Below are positions 52,562-62,108 of a stretch of 64,000 nucleotides of DNA, piece by piece. Origin of the DNA: Symbiobacterium sp. (GTDB lineage Bacteria; Bacillota; Sulfobacillia; UBA995; UBA9673); NCBI GenBank assembly GCA_020725405.1, contig DYFB01000015.1, forward strand, positions 32,157 through 96,156, given 5' to 3'. Made by a program: the position numbers and the translations under genes. Position 1 is the first letter of the stretch. Every line of letters starts with the position of its first letter. The notes under the pieces are model-generated. The model had not been told where the DNA came from and did no database searches. It saw only the letters and a program-made list of their open reading frames with translations.

Positions 52562-52795
52562 TTGGCCCGGACGGGTAGGAGACGGACGGATCTTCTCCCC
52601 GCCGAAGTCCTCGACCGCTTCAAGTATGAAATAGCCAACGAGCTGGGCCTGACCCAGGAGGTGCAGTCGAGGGGATGGGCCGAGATGAAGACCCGGGACG
52701 TAGGAAAGATCGGTGGGCACATCGGCGGTAACATGGTCAGGGTCATGATCAGGTACGCCGAGGAAGCCCTGGGAAGGGGAGAACGCCTTGGTTGA
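52562..52795 (+). CDS. ssp: Alpha/beta-type small acid-soluble spore protein (77 aa)
   Basis: LLPAEVLDRFKYEIANELGL...KTRDVGKIGGHIGGNMVRVMIRYAEE matches the SASP consensus. TTG 52562 has GGAGG 8 nt upstream. The longer ORF from 52331 was rejected because it runs through the tandem repeat. Confidence 0.75.
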   Translation: MARTGRRRTDLLPAEVLDRFKYEIANELGLTQEVQSRGWAEMKTRDVGKIGGHIGGNMVRVMIRYAEEALGRGERLG

Positions 52796-52802
52796 GATCG
52801 GA

Positions 52803-52842
52803 GCGGGCGGGTCGACGGGACCGCCCGCCTCGATATTGTCCT
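52803..52842 (+). terminator. Candidate intrinsic terminator after the SASP gene (8-bp GC stem GCGGGCGG/CCGCCCGC, then a moderately U-rich CUCGAUAUUGUCC tail)
   Basis: The inverted repeat is read directly, 8 nt after the stop codon. Confidence 0.35.
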
Positions 52843-52852
52843 CGGCCTCGCT

Positions 52853-53269
52853 CTACCTGTCCCTCAGGTTGATCCCGACCGTCCCGCCCACGGCTCCGAT
52901 TAGAACCCCTAGGACCACGCGCTGGAGCAGGATGAGCCACGGGGCCAGTTGGTCGAAGAGAAGAAGACCGAGAATGGAGACCAGGACGAGGTAGACCGCT
53001 CCGGTCAGCGCCCCGTGGGCCCAACCGGCGGTCCCGGCCCGTGTCCCGGCGTAGACTCCGCCGAGGAAGAGGCAGAGGAAGCTGACGATGTTCATCACCA
53101 GCGGCGAGTGGATTTCACTGAGCCAACCCTGGTATATGACCAGGCCGATGACTCCAGAAAGAACGAACGCCAGAAGAAAAGCGGCGACCACGCCGAGAAC
53201 GACGTATTTGAGGTTGAGACCTTCCCTTGTCCGCACGGACGCGCGGGCCCTCGCCATTCCCGACTTCAT
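52853..53269 (-). CDS. Hypothetical small integral membrane protein (3-4 TM)
   Basis: Hydrophobic helices are YVVLGVVAAFLLAFVLSGVIGLVIY, IVSFLCLFLGGVYAG, AVYLVLVSILGLLLF and VVLGVLIGAVGG. ATG 53269 has GGGAGTGG 6 nt upstream. Confidence 0.45.
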   Translation of the reverse strand: MKSGMARARASVRTREGLNLKYVVLGVVAAFLLAFVLSGVIGLVIYQGWLSEIHSPLVMNIVSFLCLFLGGVYAGTRAGTAGWAHGALTGAVYLVLVSILGLLLFDQLAPWLILLQRVVLGVLIGAVGGTVGINLRDR

Positions 53270-53340
53270 AGCCACCACTCCCGATGCGTCGCCACCCGCC
53301 GGCTTCGGGGCGGCGTCTACCAGAAAAAGCTATGGTCCCC

Positions 53341-53392
53341 AGGGGGGCTTTATGCTTGAAGCGCGGGAGCGGCTCCTCGGAACCGCTCCCGC
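53341..53392 (-). terminator. Candidate terminator hairpin downstream of the minus-strand SASP gene (perfect 10-bp stem GCGGGAGCGG/CCGCTCCCGC, 10-nt loop)
   Basis: Read directly, 28 nt past the stop. The tail is A-rich rather than U-rich. Confidence 0.35.
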
Positions 53393-53419
53393 CAACACCG
53401 GCTCCGCCTCTACCGGGCG

Positions 53420-53731
53420 TTACCGGTCCTCTCGACGGCGCCCGACGTACCGCGGTCGATCGAATTCGGACTCGCGCCTCGCGAACTCAGGGTAGTCAGG
53501 GTAGCCGGCCCATTCGTCCCCGAACTCCTCGCCGGCCATCTCACGCTCGGCGCGTTCGATCATCCGCCGGACCATGTTGCCTCCGACCTTGCCGACCTCA
53601 CGGGTCGTCATGTTCTCCCATCCGCGCCTCTCGATGTCGTCGGCAAGTCCCAGGTCTTCGGCAACCTCGTACTTGAACCGGTCGAGCGCCTCACCTGCCT
53701 CGGGAAGGACGTGCCGTCTGCGACGGGGCAT
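53420..53731 (-). CDS. ssp: Alpha/beta-type small acid-soluble spore protein with an acidic aromatic C-terminal extension (103 aa)
   Basis: The N-terminal 65 aa MPRRRRHVLPEAGEALDRFKYEVAEDLGL...TTREVGKVGGNMVRRMIERAERE match the SASP consensus. They are followed by MAGEEFGDEWAGYPDYPEFARRESEFDRPRY. ATG 53731 has AGGAGGTG 5 nt upstream. Confidence 0.75.
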   Translation of the reverse strand: MPRRRRHVLPEAGEALDRFKYEVAEDLGLADDIERRGWENMTTREVGKVGGNMVRRMIERAEREMAGEEFGDEWAGYPDYPEFARRESEFDRPRYVGRRREDR

Positions 53732-53977
53732 GCGGACACCTCCTTTCCGCAAGACCGGCCGGTTTGCGTATGTAGTCTACGACCGCGGAGAGGGTCTTAT
53801 GTAAACACTATCTGGACGAGCTTCAACGGGGTGGCGAATCTAGTTGACCAATGTCGATAATGTCTTGGGCAATCCTGGCAGTAGTGTCGAAAAGGCAGAC
53901 CTTCAAAGATGATCGGCGGAGGTAGTCGACGAGCCGGTGTCTGAGCCGGGCTGCCCCCCTATCCTGGACGGGATGTC

Positions 53978-55030
53978 CTAGACGGGCCAGTACTCCTGCT
54001 GGACGCTCCGGATATCGTCAAGGCGCGACGATGCGGACAGGGGTTCGTCCTGAGGCTCGGGTGGATCGTAACCTTCAGGTTCGGGGATGGGGCCGCCCCG
54101 CCCGCTGGCGACGTTGAGGATCGAGGCCATACCCCACCCAAGCCCGACGACGTCGTAGCCGCCCTCGAGAACGAAGACGACGCGCCCCTGGCAGAGCTCG
54201 TCAGCAAGGCCGCAGACGATGGCGCTGAGCTCGCCGTAGCCGCCGGTGCTCAGCCTGAGCCGGCCTATTGGGTCGAGGTAGTGGGCGTCCAGGCCGCAGG
54301 AGACAAGGATGACCTCGGGGCGGTAGGCCCGCGCGACAGGCGCGATCACCGTCTCAAAGGCCTCGCGGTAGGTGCGGTCACCGCTACCGGGCGGCAGAGG
54401 CAGGTTTACCGTGTACCCCTCCCCCTCCCCCTCTCCGGTGTCGGTCAGCCAGCCGGTGCCCGGGTAGGCCGGGCTCTCGTGACAGGACACGAAGAGGACG
54501 CCCGGTGAGGCGTAGAAGGCGGCCTCGGTCCCGTTCCCGTGGTGCAGGTCCCAGTCGATGATCATGACCCGCTCGAGCCCCCGCCGCTTGCGGGCGTGAG
54601 CCGCGGCCACGGCCACGTTGTTGAACAGGCAGAAGCCCATGCCCTCTTCCGGGGTGGCGTGGTGCCCCGGCGGGCGGACCAGGGCGGCGGACCGCACCGT
54701 CCGGCCCGAGAGCACTGCCTCCAGGGCCTTGAGGGCCCCCCCCACGGCCAGAAGGGCGACGTCGAAGCTCTCCGCTGAGACCACGGTGTCCAGGGTCAGG
54801 TAGCCTCCGCCCGCCCGCGCGAACCTCCGGATACGGTCGATGTGCCGCTCCGTGTGGACCAGGGCGAGGTCCTCCTCTCTTGCCGGCTCTGGGGGCTCGA
54901 AGACAAGGGCCTCCTTGACCCCAGTCTCGGCCAAGGCCATCCAGACGGCTTCGAGGCGATGCGGGCCCTCGGGCCAGTTACCCGGGGCGTGCTCCAGATA
55001 GGCGCGGTCGTTGATAACGAGAAGGCTCAC
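53978..55030 (-). CDS. acuC: Histone-deacetylase-family protein (acetoin utilisation AcuC-like / acetylpolyamine amidohydrolase)
   Basis: Motifs RPPGHHA, IDWDLHHGNGT and the GGGY C-terminus identify it. GTG 55030 has GGAAGGAGGG 7 nt upstream. Confidence 0.85.
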   Translation of the reverse strand: MSLLVINDRAYLEHAPGNWPEGPHRLEAVWMALAETGVKEALVFEPPEPAREEDLALVHTERHIDRIRRFARAGGGYLTLDTVVSAESFDVALLAVGGALKALEAVLSGRTVRSAALVRPPGHHATPEEGMGFCLFNNVAVAAAHARKRRGLERVMIIDWDLHHGNGTEAAFYASPGVLFVSCHESPAYPGTGWLTDTGEGEGEGYTVNLPLPPGSGDRTYREAFETVIAPVARAYRPEVILVSCGLDAHYLDPIGRLRLSTGGYGELSAIVCGLADELCQGRVVFVLEGGYDVVGLGWGMASILNVASGRGGPIPEPEGYDPPEPQDEPLSASSRLDDIRSVQQEYWPV

Positions 55031-55081
55031 GTGCTGGCCCTCCTTCCGCCCGGGGACGGCCCCTTGCCCGCGGGCCGCTCT

Positions 55082-55915
55082 CTACTCCGGGTCCCCGAGG
55101 CGCTCGGGACGGAGAACGGGCAGCTCCGTCTCCAGAACCGGGACCCGCAGGCGCTTGATCTCCTCGCGGTTGGCGAGGAAGCGCTCCCGGCTGGGAAGCA
55201 TCCAATCGGTCACGAATTCCGTCAGGCTCTCGCGTGAAAACCGGTGCAGGGCGTCGGGTCGGGCCGGGTCGTGCCGGCAGAAGGGACAGGGACCCTGGCG
55301 GGCGCTCTCCCCCCGTGGGAGACGGCACACCGGGCAGACTCCCTCGGGAGTCGGCACGGGACGGTCCTCGAGGACGGCTCGAGCCAGCTCTTCGGTCCGG
55401 CGGATCAGGTCATCGTCCAGGAGGACCTCCCCCGGTCCGGGGGCGTAGGCCGTCAGGCTTCCGACCAGTCTGCCCCCGAGAAGGAGGCCGAGTTGGTTCA
55501 CCACGGGCGGAGCGAAGTAGTCCCACCCGGGCAGACCGGCCACCGTTATCGTCCCGGTCGGAATCTCAGGTCGTCCGGGGAGAACGGCCAGGGCGGCCAC
55601 TCCGCGGTCGATCAGGGCCTTGACCTGGGCCGGGGCCCCGAGAAGGTACGTGGGTGAGGCCAGGATGAGGCCGTCGTAGCGGGAGACCGTCTCGTAGAGC
55701 CAGAAGACGTCGTCTTCCTTCTTGCACCCGCCCCCGCGGTAGACGCAGGACAGACAGCCCTCGCAGAAGGTCAGGCGGAGGTCGCGGAGAGAGACGAGCT
55801 CGACCCCGGCCCCCCGGCCGGCGGCGGCCCGGAGAGCCACTCGGGTGAGCATCTCCGAGTTTCCTCCCGGCCGGAGGGAGGTCACGACACCTAGAATCCG
55901 CTTGGTCGTCGACAA
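55082..55915 (-). CDS. Flavodoxin-like NAD(P)H-dependent FMN reductase family protein with a Cys-rich C-terminal extension
   Basis: ILGVVTSLRPGGNSE..., LILASPTYLLGAPAQVKALIDR and a C-terminal CPVCRLP...CPFCRH pair are present. The start is TTG 55915 or GTG 55927. Confidence 0.6.
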   Translation of the reverse strand: MSTTKRILGVVTSLRPGGNSEMLTRVALRAAAGRGAGVELVSLRDLRLTFCEGCLSCVYRGGGCKKEDDVFWLYETVSRYDGLILASPTYLLGAPAQVKALIDRGVAALAVLPGRPEIPTGTITVAGLPGWDYFAPPVVNQLGLLLGGRLVGSLTAYAPGPGEVLLDDDLIRRTEELARAVLEDRPVPTPEGVCPVCRLPRGESARQGPCPFCRHDPARPDALHRFSRESLTEFVTDWMLPSRERFLANREEIKRLRVPVLETELPVLRPERLGDPE

Positions 55916-56003
55916 GAACAGACCCACCCTTCCGCGCCCGGCTCACGCGAAAGCCGGTCCGTCCCGCGGTCCACGAGTCGACGGGCAAGACGCCGGCGCT
56001 GCG

Positions 56004-57362
56004 CTAATTGTTGGGCGCGGCCGCGATGTTTCCTTCCTCGGAGCGTGGGACCCTCCCCCGGTATCTCGGGTCGGGGAGGCGCAGGGCCAGGCCGAGGCCC
56101 ATCAGCCCGAAAGCCGCGCTGACCGCGAACACGGCCTCGTAGCCGAGGAAGGAGGCCATGACCCCGCCCAGGACGGACAGGAAAGCGAAGGGGGCCATCA
56201 GCGTGTTCGAGAGGCCGATGAACGTGGCCCGGTTGGCCGGTGGGGTGACCTCGATGACGTAGTTCGTGAAGCCTATCCACCCCGAACCGAACGAGGAGCC
56301 AAGGAAGACGTAGACAAGGGGGTAAAGGGCCGTCGCCAGCCCGACGGCGCCGGCACGGTAAAGCCCGGTGAGGGCGAGGGCGGTCAGAGGAGCGAGGGTG
56401 CTCGCGAGGACGGCCATGACGATGACGCTCCTGTTCCCCCGCCGGTCGCTGAGCCGCCCGGCAAGGGCGCTCCCGGCCAGAGAGCCGATCATCTGGGCCG
56501 AAACGAAGAGGCCGACGGTCCCGACGTCGGCCCCGAGGTTCTGACCGGCATGAACGACGAAGAAGGGCTGCGACAGGAAGATGACGGCCAGGCAGAGACG
56601 GGCCTGCATCGCCTTCACGAAATCGGGGACGGAGCGCCAGGCCGCGGGCAGGGCCCGCAGATAGAGGCCGAGTCCGGTCCTTGACCGGACCTCCACGGCT
56701 GGCTTCTCCCTCACGCCGAGGAAGGAGAGAATGGACAGGAGGAAGCCGGCACACGTGCAAAGGAAGAGGGTGACGTAGCTCATCGGGTAGGGCAGGGCGG
56801 TGAGGATATGCCTCACGACGAAGCCGCAGAAGAAGGCCAGCAGGCCGCCGAGGACGAGCTGAGCCGCGAAGAGGCGGCCGCGGCGGTCGGCCGGGATGGT
56901 GTTGGCCACCGCGTCGGTCCAGGGAACCCCGTTGACCCCCTCGCTCAGGGAGGCGAGGATGAAGACCGGCAGGAAAAGGGCCAGGGCAAGGCCGGGCCGC
57001 GTCCCAGCGTAAAGATAGGTGATGAGGGCCATGAGGAGAATCCCGAGGCGCTGCAGCAGCGAGTTGATGACGATGAACCTTTTCTTGTAGCGGAGACCCT
57101 CGGTGAAGTTGGCCACGACCAGCTGCGGGAGGAACCAGCCGATGGTCCGGACGCTGGCGACGAAGCCGATGACGGCCTTGGAGTCCGTGAGGGTGCTGGC
57201 GAAGGCCGGCAAGACCGTAGTCGAGTCATAGAAGGCCGAGCCGGCCGAGAAGAAGGTGCCGTCAAGGGTCAGGAAAACGAGGTTGCGCTTCAGATACGGG
57301 TCGGGGGCGCTGTCCTCCGGGCCGTGGGCGGCCGGCCGGTGCAGTGGCGATGGCTCGGTCAA
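56004..57362 (-). CDS. MFS transporter (12 TM)
   Basis: The hydropathy pattern fits and the MFS loop motif LSDRRGNRSVIVMA is present. The start is TTG 57362. Confidence 0.75.
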   Translation of the reverse strand: MTEPSPLHRPAAHGPEDSAPDPYLKRNLVFLTLDGTFFSAGSAFYDSTTVLPAFASTLTDSKAVIGFVASVRTIGWFLPQLVVANFTEGLRYKKRFIVINSLLQRLGILLMALITYLYAGTRPGLALALFLPVFILASLSEGVNGVPWTDAVANTIPADRRGRLFAAQLVLGGLLAFFCGFVVRHILTALPYPMSYVTLFLCTCAGFLLSILSFLGVREKPAVEVRSRTGLGLYLRALPAAWRSVPDFVKAMQARLCLAVIFLSQPFFVVHAGQNLGADVGTVGLFVSAQMIGSLAGSALAGRLSDRRGNRSVIVMAVLASTLAPLTALALTGLYRAGAVGLATALYPLVYVFLGSSFGSGWIGFTNYVIEVTPPANRATFIGLSNTLMAPFAFLSVLGGVMASFLGYEAVFAVSAAFGLMGLGLALRLPDPRYRGRVPRSEEGNIAAAPNN

Positions 57363-57426
57363 GGCGAATACTGTCCCCTGTCTGGACGGTCGGCCGGCGG
57401 CGACGGGCGGTAGCCCGGCCCGACGC

Positions 57427-57903
57427 CTACACGGCAGGCTCGTGGATAAGGTTGTAGACGGTCTCGAGGTCGGCGATGATCTTGGCCCGCTCCTCGGGAG
57501 CCAGGTCCTTCATGAGCGTGGTCAGATAGTGGATCCGGCTCTCCATCACCCTGGCCACCATCTCCGCGCCCCGGTCGAGAAGGCGCACCTTGATGACCCG
57601 GCGGTCGTTCTGGTCGCGCTCCCGGGCGACGAAGCCGCCCTTTTCCATCCTGTCGACGAGATCGGTGACCGTGCTGCAGGCCAGGGACATCCGGTCACAG
57701 AGAGCTCCCATGGGCATGTCGCCGTCCCGGTGCAGGAACAGCAAGGCGTCGAACTGCGGGAAGGTGATGCGGAAGTCGCTCAGAATCTCCCGGCCCTTGA
57801 TGTAGACCATGTGGCTGATGTACCTGAGGAGGCGCTCCAGCCGCTCCACGTCTTTCCTTAAGGCCTCATCGGTCTCAGGGTCCTGACCCGGCGTCCTCTC
57901 CAT
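57427..57903 (-). CDS. MarR-family transcriptional regulator
   Basis: The winged helix FPQFDALLFLHRDGDMPMGALCDRMSLACSTVTDLVDRMEKGGFVARERDQNDRRV identifies it. ATG 57903 has GGAGGAGG upstream. Confidence 0.85.
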   Translation of the reverse strand: MERTPGQDPETDEALRKDVERLERLLRYISHMVYIKGREILSDFRITFPQFDALLFLHRDGDMPMGALCDRMSLACSTVTDLVDRMEKGGFVARERDQNDRRVIKVRLLDRGAEMVARVMESRIHYLTTLMKDLAPEERAKIIADLETVYNLIHEPAV

Positions 57904-58723
57904 CGCTACCTCCTCCGCTCCTCGGAGGCGAAGAGCTGCGGGCCCTCGGCCCCACGAGGTCTAACATCATCTGGGCGTTGCGCGCCGCCTGCCCGGCGTG
58001 GCAGTTGTTGAAGAAGACGTAGGTGACATCGGTCCGGGCGTCCATCTCGGCTATCGCCGGCTCCCATTCCCGGAGCTCCTCAGCCGAGTAGAGGTAGTCA
58101 TAGCGCTCCCAGGCTTCCTTGTGGTTCCACCACTTGGCCGCGTTCCGGCCGTGGAACCTGACGTAGCCGACAGTCGACGTGGCCAGGTTCTGCCGGGGCA
58201 TGAGCCCCTTGAGACGGGGCTCGTCGACGCAGCAGTAGCCGAGACCGGCCTGCCGCAGGACCTCGTAGGTCTCCGGCCGGTCCCACTCCGAATTGCGGAA
58301 CTCGACCACCAGGGGCAGGTCGGGGTACAGCTCGCGGATTTCTCCAAGGTAGGCCAGCGCGCCGGGTCCGGGCCGGTGCCGCCAGGGAAACTGGAAGAGG
58401 ACGGCGCCCAGTTTGCCCACGCCCTCAAGTGGCCGAAGGGCCTCCCGGAACTCCTGGAAGGCGGCCTGGCGCTGAGGTCCCGGCCCGAGCTCGTGAGTCA
58501 TCGACCGGTGGGCCTTGATGACGAACTCGAAGTCCTCCGGGGTCTTCGCCGCCATGGCCCCGAGAGTCCGGGCGGTCGGCATCCGGTAGTAGCTGAAGTT
58601 CAGCTCGACAGCCGGGAACCGCGTGGCGTAAAAGGCGAGCATGTCGTGTTCGCCGAGCCCCTCTGGGTAGAAGGAGCCCCGCCAATCGGCGTAGCTGAAA
58701 CCGGACGTTCCAATGACAATCAC
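57875..58723 (-). CDS. DUF72-family protein (YecE-like)
   Basis: IGTSGFSYADWRGSFYP...LNFSYYRMP...LFQFPW are diagnostic DUF72 motifs. GTG 58723 has GGGGAGGAGGAG upstream. The 3' end overlaps the marR start by 29 nt. Confidence 0.85.
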   Translation of the reverse strand: MIVIGTSGFSYADWRGSFYPEGLGEHDMLAFYATRFPAVELNFSYYRMPTARTLGAMAAKTPEDFEFVIKAHRSMTHELGPGPQRQAAFQEFREALRPLEGVGKLGAVLFQFPWRHRPGPGALAYLGEIRELYPDLPLVVEFRNSEWDRPETYEVLRQAGLGYCCVDEPRLKGLMPRQNLATSTVGYVRFHGRNAAKWWNHKEAWERYDYLYSAEELREWEPAIAEMDARTDVTYVFFNNCHAGQAARNAQMMLDLVGPRARSSSPPRSGGGSDGEDAGSGP

Positions 58724-59904
58724 CCCTCCGGCTCCTCCTCCCCGTCGAGCAGGCGCGCGCGCGTCACCGAGCGCTCCCCGTACCGGTCCCTGATTCTATC
58801 CACGGCCCGCGATACCCTGCGAAGCTTGGCCGCCGGGTCGAAGAGGGTCCCGGGCGTCTCCTCGTCCCGCTCGAGGTTGGAGACGGCCACGCCCAGGAGG
58901 CGGACTTTGACCGAAGGGCGCCAGAAAACCCGGAAGGCCCGCCTCGCCGCTGCGTAGATGTCCTCGGCGAGGTCCGTGGGGTGGCTCAGGGTCGTCGAGC
59001 GCGTGGCGGTGGTGAAGTCGGACCGGCGGATCTTGACCGTAACTGTTCTACCGCGGTGGCCCTGGCTCCTCAGGCGCCGGGCGACCCGGTCGGCCAGGTC
59101 GAGGAGGGTCCGCTCGAGACGGTCCGGGTCGTCCGTGTCCCGCGCGAAGGTGGTCTCGTGGCTCACCGAACGGGACTCGGCCTCCTGACCGGCCGGCAGG
59201 ACCGGCGTATCGTCCTGACCATTGGCCGCCTCGTGGAGGCGCCTCCCCCCCACCCCGAACTCGCGGACCAGAAGGCCGACCGGGTACCGGGCGAGGTCCC
59301 CGATGGTCACGAGCCCGATAGCCCTCAGGCGCGCGGCGGTCCTCCCCCCGATTCCGTGAAGGTCGTCGACCGGCTTCGGCCAGAGGACTCGGGGGACGTC
59401 CTCGAGCCTGAGGAGGGTGAGGCCGTCCGGTTTTTCGAGGCCCGAGGCCATCTTGGCCAGGAGACGGTTCGGCGCCACCCCGACCGAGCAGGTCAGCCCG
59501 GTCTCGTCCCGGACCGCCGCTTTGAGGATCCGTCCGAGCGTGAGGGGGTCGCCGAAGAGACCCTCACACCCCGAGACGTCGAGATAGGCCTCGTCTATCG
59601 AGCTGGGCTCGACAAGCGGCGTGAAGCGCCTCAGGACGGCCAGAACGCGCTCGGAGAACTGGTGGTAGACCGCGTGGCGCGCGGGGAGAAAGACGCCTTC
59701 CGGACACAGCCGCTTGGCGCGGGCCGTGGGCATGGCCGACCGGACCCCGTATCGTCTGGCCTCGTACGAGGCGGCCGAGACCACCCCCCTGGCCTCGGCC
59801 GGCCCGCAGACGATGACCGGTCTCCCGGTGAGAGCGGGGTCGAGGACCTTCTCCACCGAGGCGAAGAAGGCGTCCATGTCCACGTGCAGGATCCAGCGGG
59901 CCAC
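58720..59904 (-). CDS. dinB: DNA polymerase IV (Y-family, DinB)
   Basis: ILHVDMDAFFASVE...SIDEAYLDV are the catalytic Asp/Glu motifs. The start is GTG 59904. Confidence 0.9.
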   Translation of the reverse strand: MARWILHVDMDAFFASVEKVLDPALTGRPVIVCGPAEARGVVSAASYEARRYGVRSAMPTARAKRLCPEGVFLPARHAVYHQFSERVLAVLRRFTPLVEPSSIDEAYLDVSGCEGLFGDPLTLGRILKAAVRDETGLTCSVGVAPNRLLAKMASGLEKPDGLTLLRLEDVPRVLWPKPVDDLHGIGGRTAARLRAIGLVTIGDLARYPVGLLVREFGVGGRRLHEAANGQDDTPVLPAGQEAESRSVSHETTFARDTDDPDRLERTLLDLADRVARRLRSQGHRGRTVTVKIRRSDFTTATRSTTLSHPTDLAEDIYAAARRAFRVFWRPSVKVRLLGVAVSNLERDEETPGTLFDPAAKLRRVSRAVDRIRDRYGERSVTRARLLDGEEEPEG

Positions 59905-59947
59905 GGGTCCCCACCGTCGTCCGTCGGATTCGCTCGTTCCGGCCCGG

Positions 59948-60523
59948 TCAGTAGAGGGCGTCCTCGTCCGCTCGCCGGTAGACGCAGGGGGACGCGTCGC
60001 CGAACCAGTGGGATATCTCGTGACTGGCCTCCTCGGGCGTCGAGGAGGCGTGGATGAGGTTCCGGACGGCCCTCTTGAGGGCGTTGGCGACCACGGCCGA
60101 GGTCGAGGAGAAGTCTCCGCGGATGGTCCCCGGGTCGGCGTAGAACGGCATCGTGTTACCGCAGAGCTTGCGCACGGTATCGATGCAGTGCAGCCCCTCG
60201 AGGACGCAGGCCACCACCGGGCCGGAGGTCAGATAATCGATGTTCCAGTCCTTCACCATCTCGCCGATGCGGAGCGGGTCGTCCGTCCCGACCTCCTCCG
60301 CGGGGTCGAGCCCGCGGTCGCGGTAGGTCTGGAGGGTCTTCTTCCCCATCCCCTCTATCCACTCGCGGGTGTTCGGGTAGTGGCGGGCGGCGAAGTCGCG
60401 GTCGGGGACGACCATCTTCAGAGCCACTATCTTCAGACCGGCCGTCTCGAACCGGGCGAGAATCCGGCCGGTAAGACCGCGCCGGACCGCGTCCGGCTTG
60501 ATGAGGACGAGGGTCCGCTCCAT
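59948..60523 (-). CDS. ndk: Nucleoside diphosphate kinase (long form with insertion)
   Basis: MERTLVLIKPDAVRRGLTGRILARFE..., GPVVACVLEG, IRGDF and NLIHASST (catalytic His) identify it. ATG 60523 was chosen by homology. The ORF stays open to 60565. Confidence 0.8.
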   Translation of the reverse strand: MERTLVLIKPDAVRRGLTGRILARFETAGLKIVALKMVVPDRDFAARHYPNTREWIEGMGKKTLQTYRDRGLDPAEEVGTDDPLRIGEMVKDWNIDYLTSGPVVACVLEGLHCIDTVRKLCGNTMPFYADPGTIRGDFSSTSAVVANALKRAVRNLIHASSTPEEASHEISHWFGDASPCVYRRADEDALY

Positions 60524-60602
60524 CAGGCCGTCGCCGGCCGTATCAAGGCTGGCTCGCAAGGGCACACACCTCGAGCGACCGCCCGCGTCTCGGCGGCGGG
60601 CG

Positions 60603-61685
60603 TCAGAAATCGGTCAGCGAAGCGACCGTGGCGGAGTCGAGCCTCCGCACCACCGCGGTCACGAGTTTCACCGCGTTGTCGTAGTCCTCAAGACTCAGGA
60701 TGCCCGTGTGACTGTGGATGTAACGCGTCGGGACGCCGATGACGACGCACGGGACCCCTCCGGCGTGGAGGTGGATGCGGCCGGCGTCGGTCCCTCCGCG
60801 GGCCATGGCCGAGTACTGGAACGGAATATCGAGGCTCCTGGCCGTCTCCACGCACAATTCGACGAGGCGCCGGTTGGGGATGTTCGAGCCGTCGAGGACC
60901 AGGATGCCCGGACCCTTGCCGACCTTGGTCATGGCCTCCGCGTCGTCCACTCCCGGGGTGTCCCCGGCGAGGTCGACATCGATGGCCAGCCCGACCTGCG
61001 GGTTCACGATATCCGAGGCGGTCTTCGCCCCGCGGAGCCCCACCTCTTCCTGGACGGTTCCCACTCCGTAAACGGTATTCGGATGGTCTTCGTTCTGAAG
61101 GGCGCGGATGACGTCGATGAAGACGGCCACGCCCACACGGTCGTCCCAGGCCTTGGCCATGACGAGCTTTCCGCTTGCCATAACCTGGAAGCGGCTGTCG
61201 GGCACGACCGGGTCGCCGGGCCTGACGCCGAGGACTTCGGTCGCCTCGTTTTCGTCAGAGGCTCCGATGTCAATGAACATGTCCTTCCTCTTAACGACCT
61301 TACTCTTCTCTTCGTCGGAGAGGATGTGGGGCGGCTTGGAGCCGATGACGCCGGGGACGTCGCCCTTGGCGGTCTTGACCAGAACCCGCTGAGCCAGGAG
61401 AACGTTGTCCCACCAGCCGCCGATCGGCTGGAACTTGAGGAAGCCCTCCTTGGTTATCTTGGAGACCATAAAACCTATCTCGTCCATGTGCCCGGCGATC
61501 ATGACCCTGGGCTCGTCAGACGCTCCCCGCTTCTTGGCGATGATGCTGCCGAGGCCGTCGAAGCTGACCTCGGCAAGGCCCTTCACCTCTTCCCGGATGA
61601 CCGTTCTGACCTCGCCCTCGAACCCGGAGATACCCGGAGCGTCGGTAAGTCGGCGGAGGAAAGCCAAGCGCTCATCCCGGTTCAA
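60603..61685 (-). CDS. M42-family aminopeptidase (glutamyl aminopeptidase/FrvX-like)
   Basis: Metal ligands fall in IAGHMDEIGFMV, DDRVG, QEEVGLRGA and D...H positions. The start is TTG 61685. Confidence 0.85.
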   Translation of the reverse strand: MNRDERLAFLRRLTDAPGISGFEGEVRTVIREEVKGLAEVSFDGLGSIIAKKRGASDEPRVMIAGHMDEIGFMVSKITKEGFLKFQPIGGWWDNVLLAQRVLVKTAKGDVPGVIGSKPPHILSDEEKSKVVKRKDMFIDIGASDENEATEVLGVRPGDPVVPDSRFQVMASGKLVMAKAWDDRVGVAVFIDVIRALQNEDHPNTVYGVGTVQEEVGLRGAKTASDIVNPQVGLAIDVDLAGDTPGVDDAEAMTKVGKGPGILVLDGSNIPNRRLVELCVETARSLDIPFQYSAMARGGTDAGRIHLHAGGVPCVVIGVPTRYIHSHTGILSLEDYDNAVKLVTAVVRRLDSATVASLTDF

Positions 61686-61727
61686 GCCAGTGACCCCCTA
61701 GAAAGTCGTAGGGGCGGCACCGCCCCA

Positions 61728-62108
61728 CTAACCGGCGGCGGCCCGCTCCCCGCAAACATCGAAGAGAACTCCCCGCTTCATTTCGGTAGCCGTGAGTTGC
61801 CTGGTCCCAAACTTCTCAGCGATGATGTTGACCGCGTCCCACGGGTTGACCTTCTCCCCGCAAGTGAACACGTCGACTGCGGCGTAACCGAATTCGGGCC
61901 AAGTGTGGACCGCGAGATGAGACTCGGATATGACTACGACCCCGCTCACACCCTGCGGGTTGAACTTGTGGAAGGCTACTTCTCTGACCTCGGCCCCGGC
62001 CCTGATGGCCGCGTCGACCATCAGTCCTTCGACCTTCTTCACATCGTTGAGGGACTCGGGATCGCAGCCGTACATCTCGGCGAGAATGTGGCGCCCCAGA
62101 GCGTTCAT
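61728..62108 (-). CDS. speH: S-adenosylmethionine decarboxylase proenzyme (class I, pyruvoyl; SpeH/SpeD)
   Basis: The cleavage/pyruvoyl motif [16 protein letters not shown] identifies it. The start is ATG 62108. Confidence 0.85.
   Translation of the reverse strand: MNALGRHILAEMYGCDPESLNDVKKVEGLMVDAAIRAGAEVREVAFHKFNPQGVSGVVVISESHLAVHTWPEFGYAAVDVFTCGEKVNPWDAVNIIAEKFGTRQLTATEMKRGVLFDVCGERAAAG

Noticed and set aside
59905-59947. Cheo-like sequence GATTCGCTCGTTCC upstream of dinB
   Set aside because: Only one half-site (GTTC) matches, and the left arm GATTC is not GAAC. The 43-bp gap after ndk suggests co-transcription rather than an SOS-regulated promoter.
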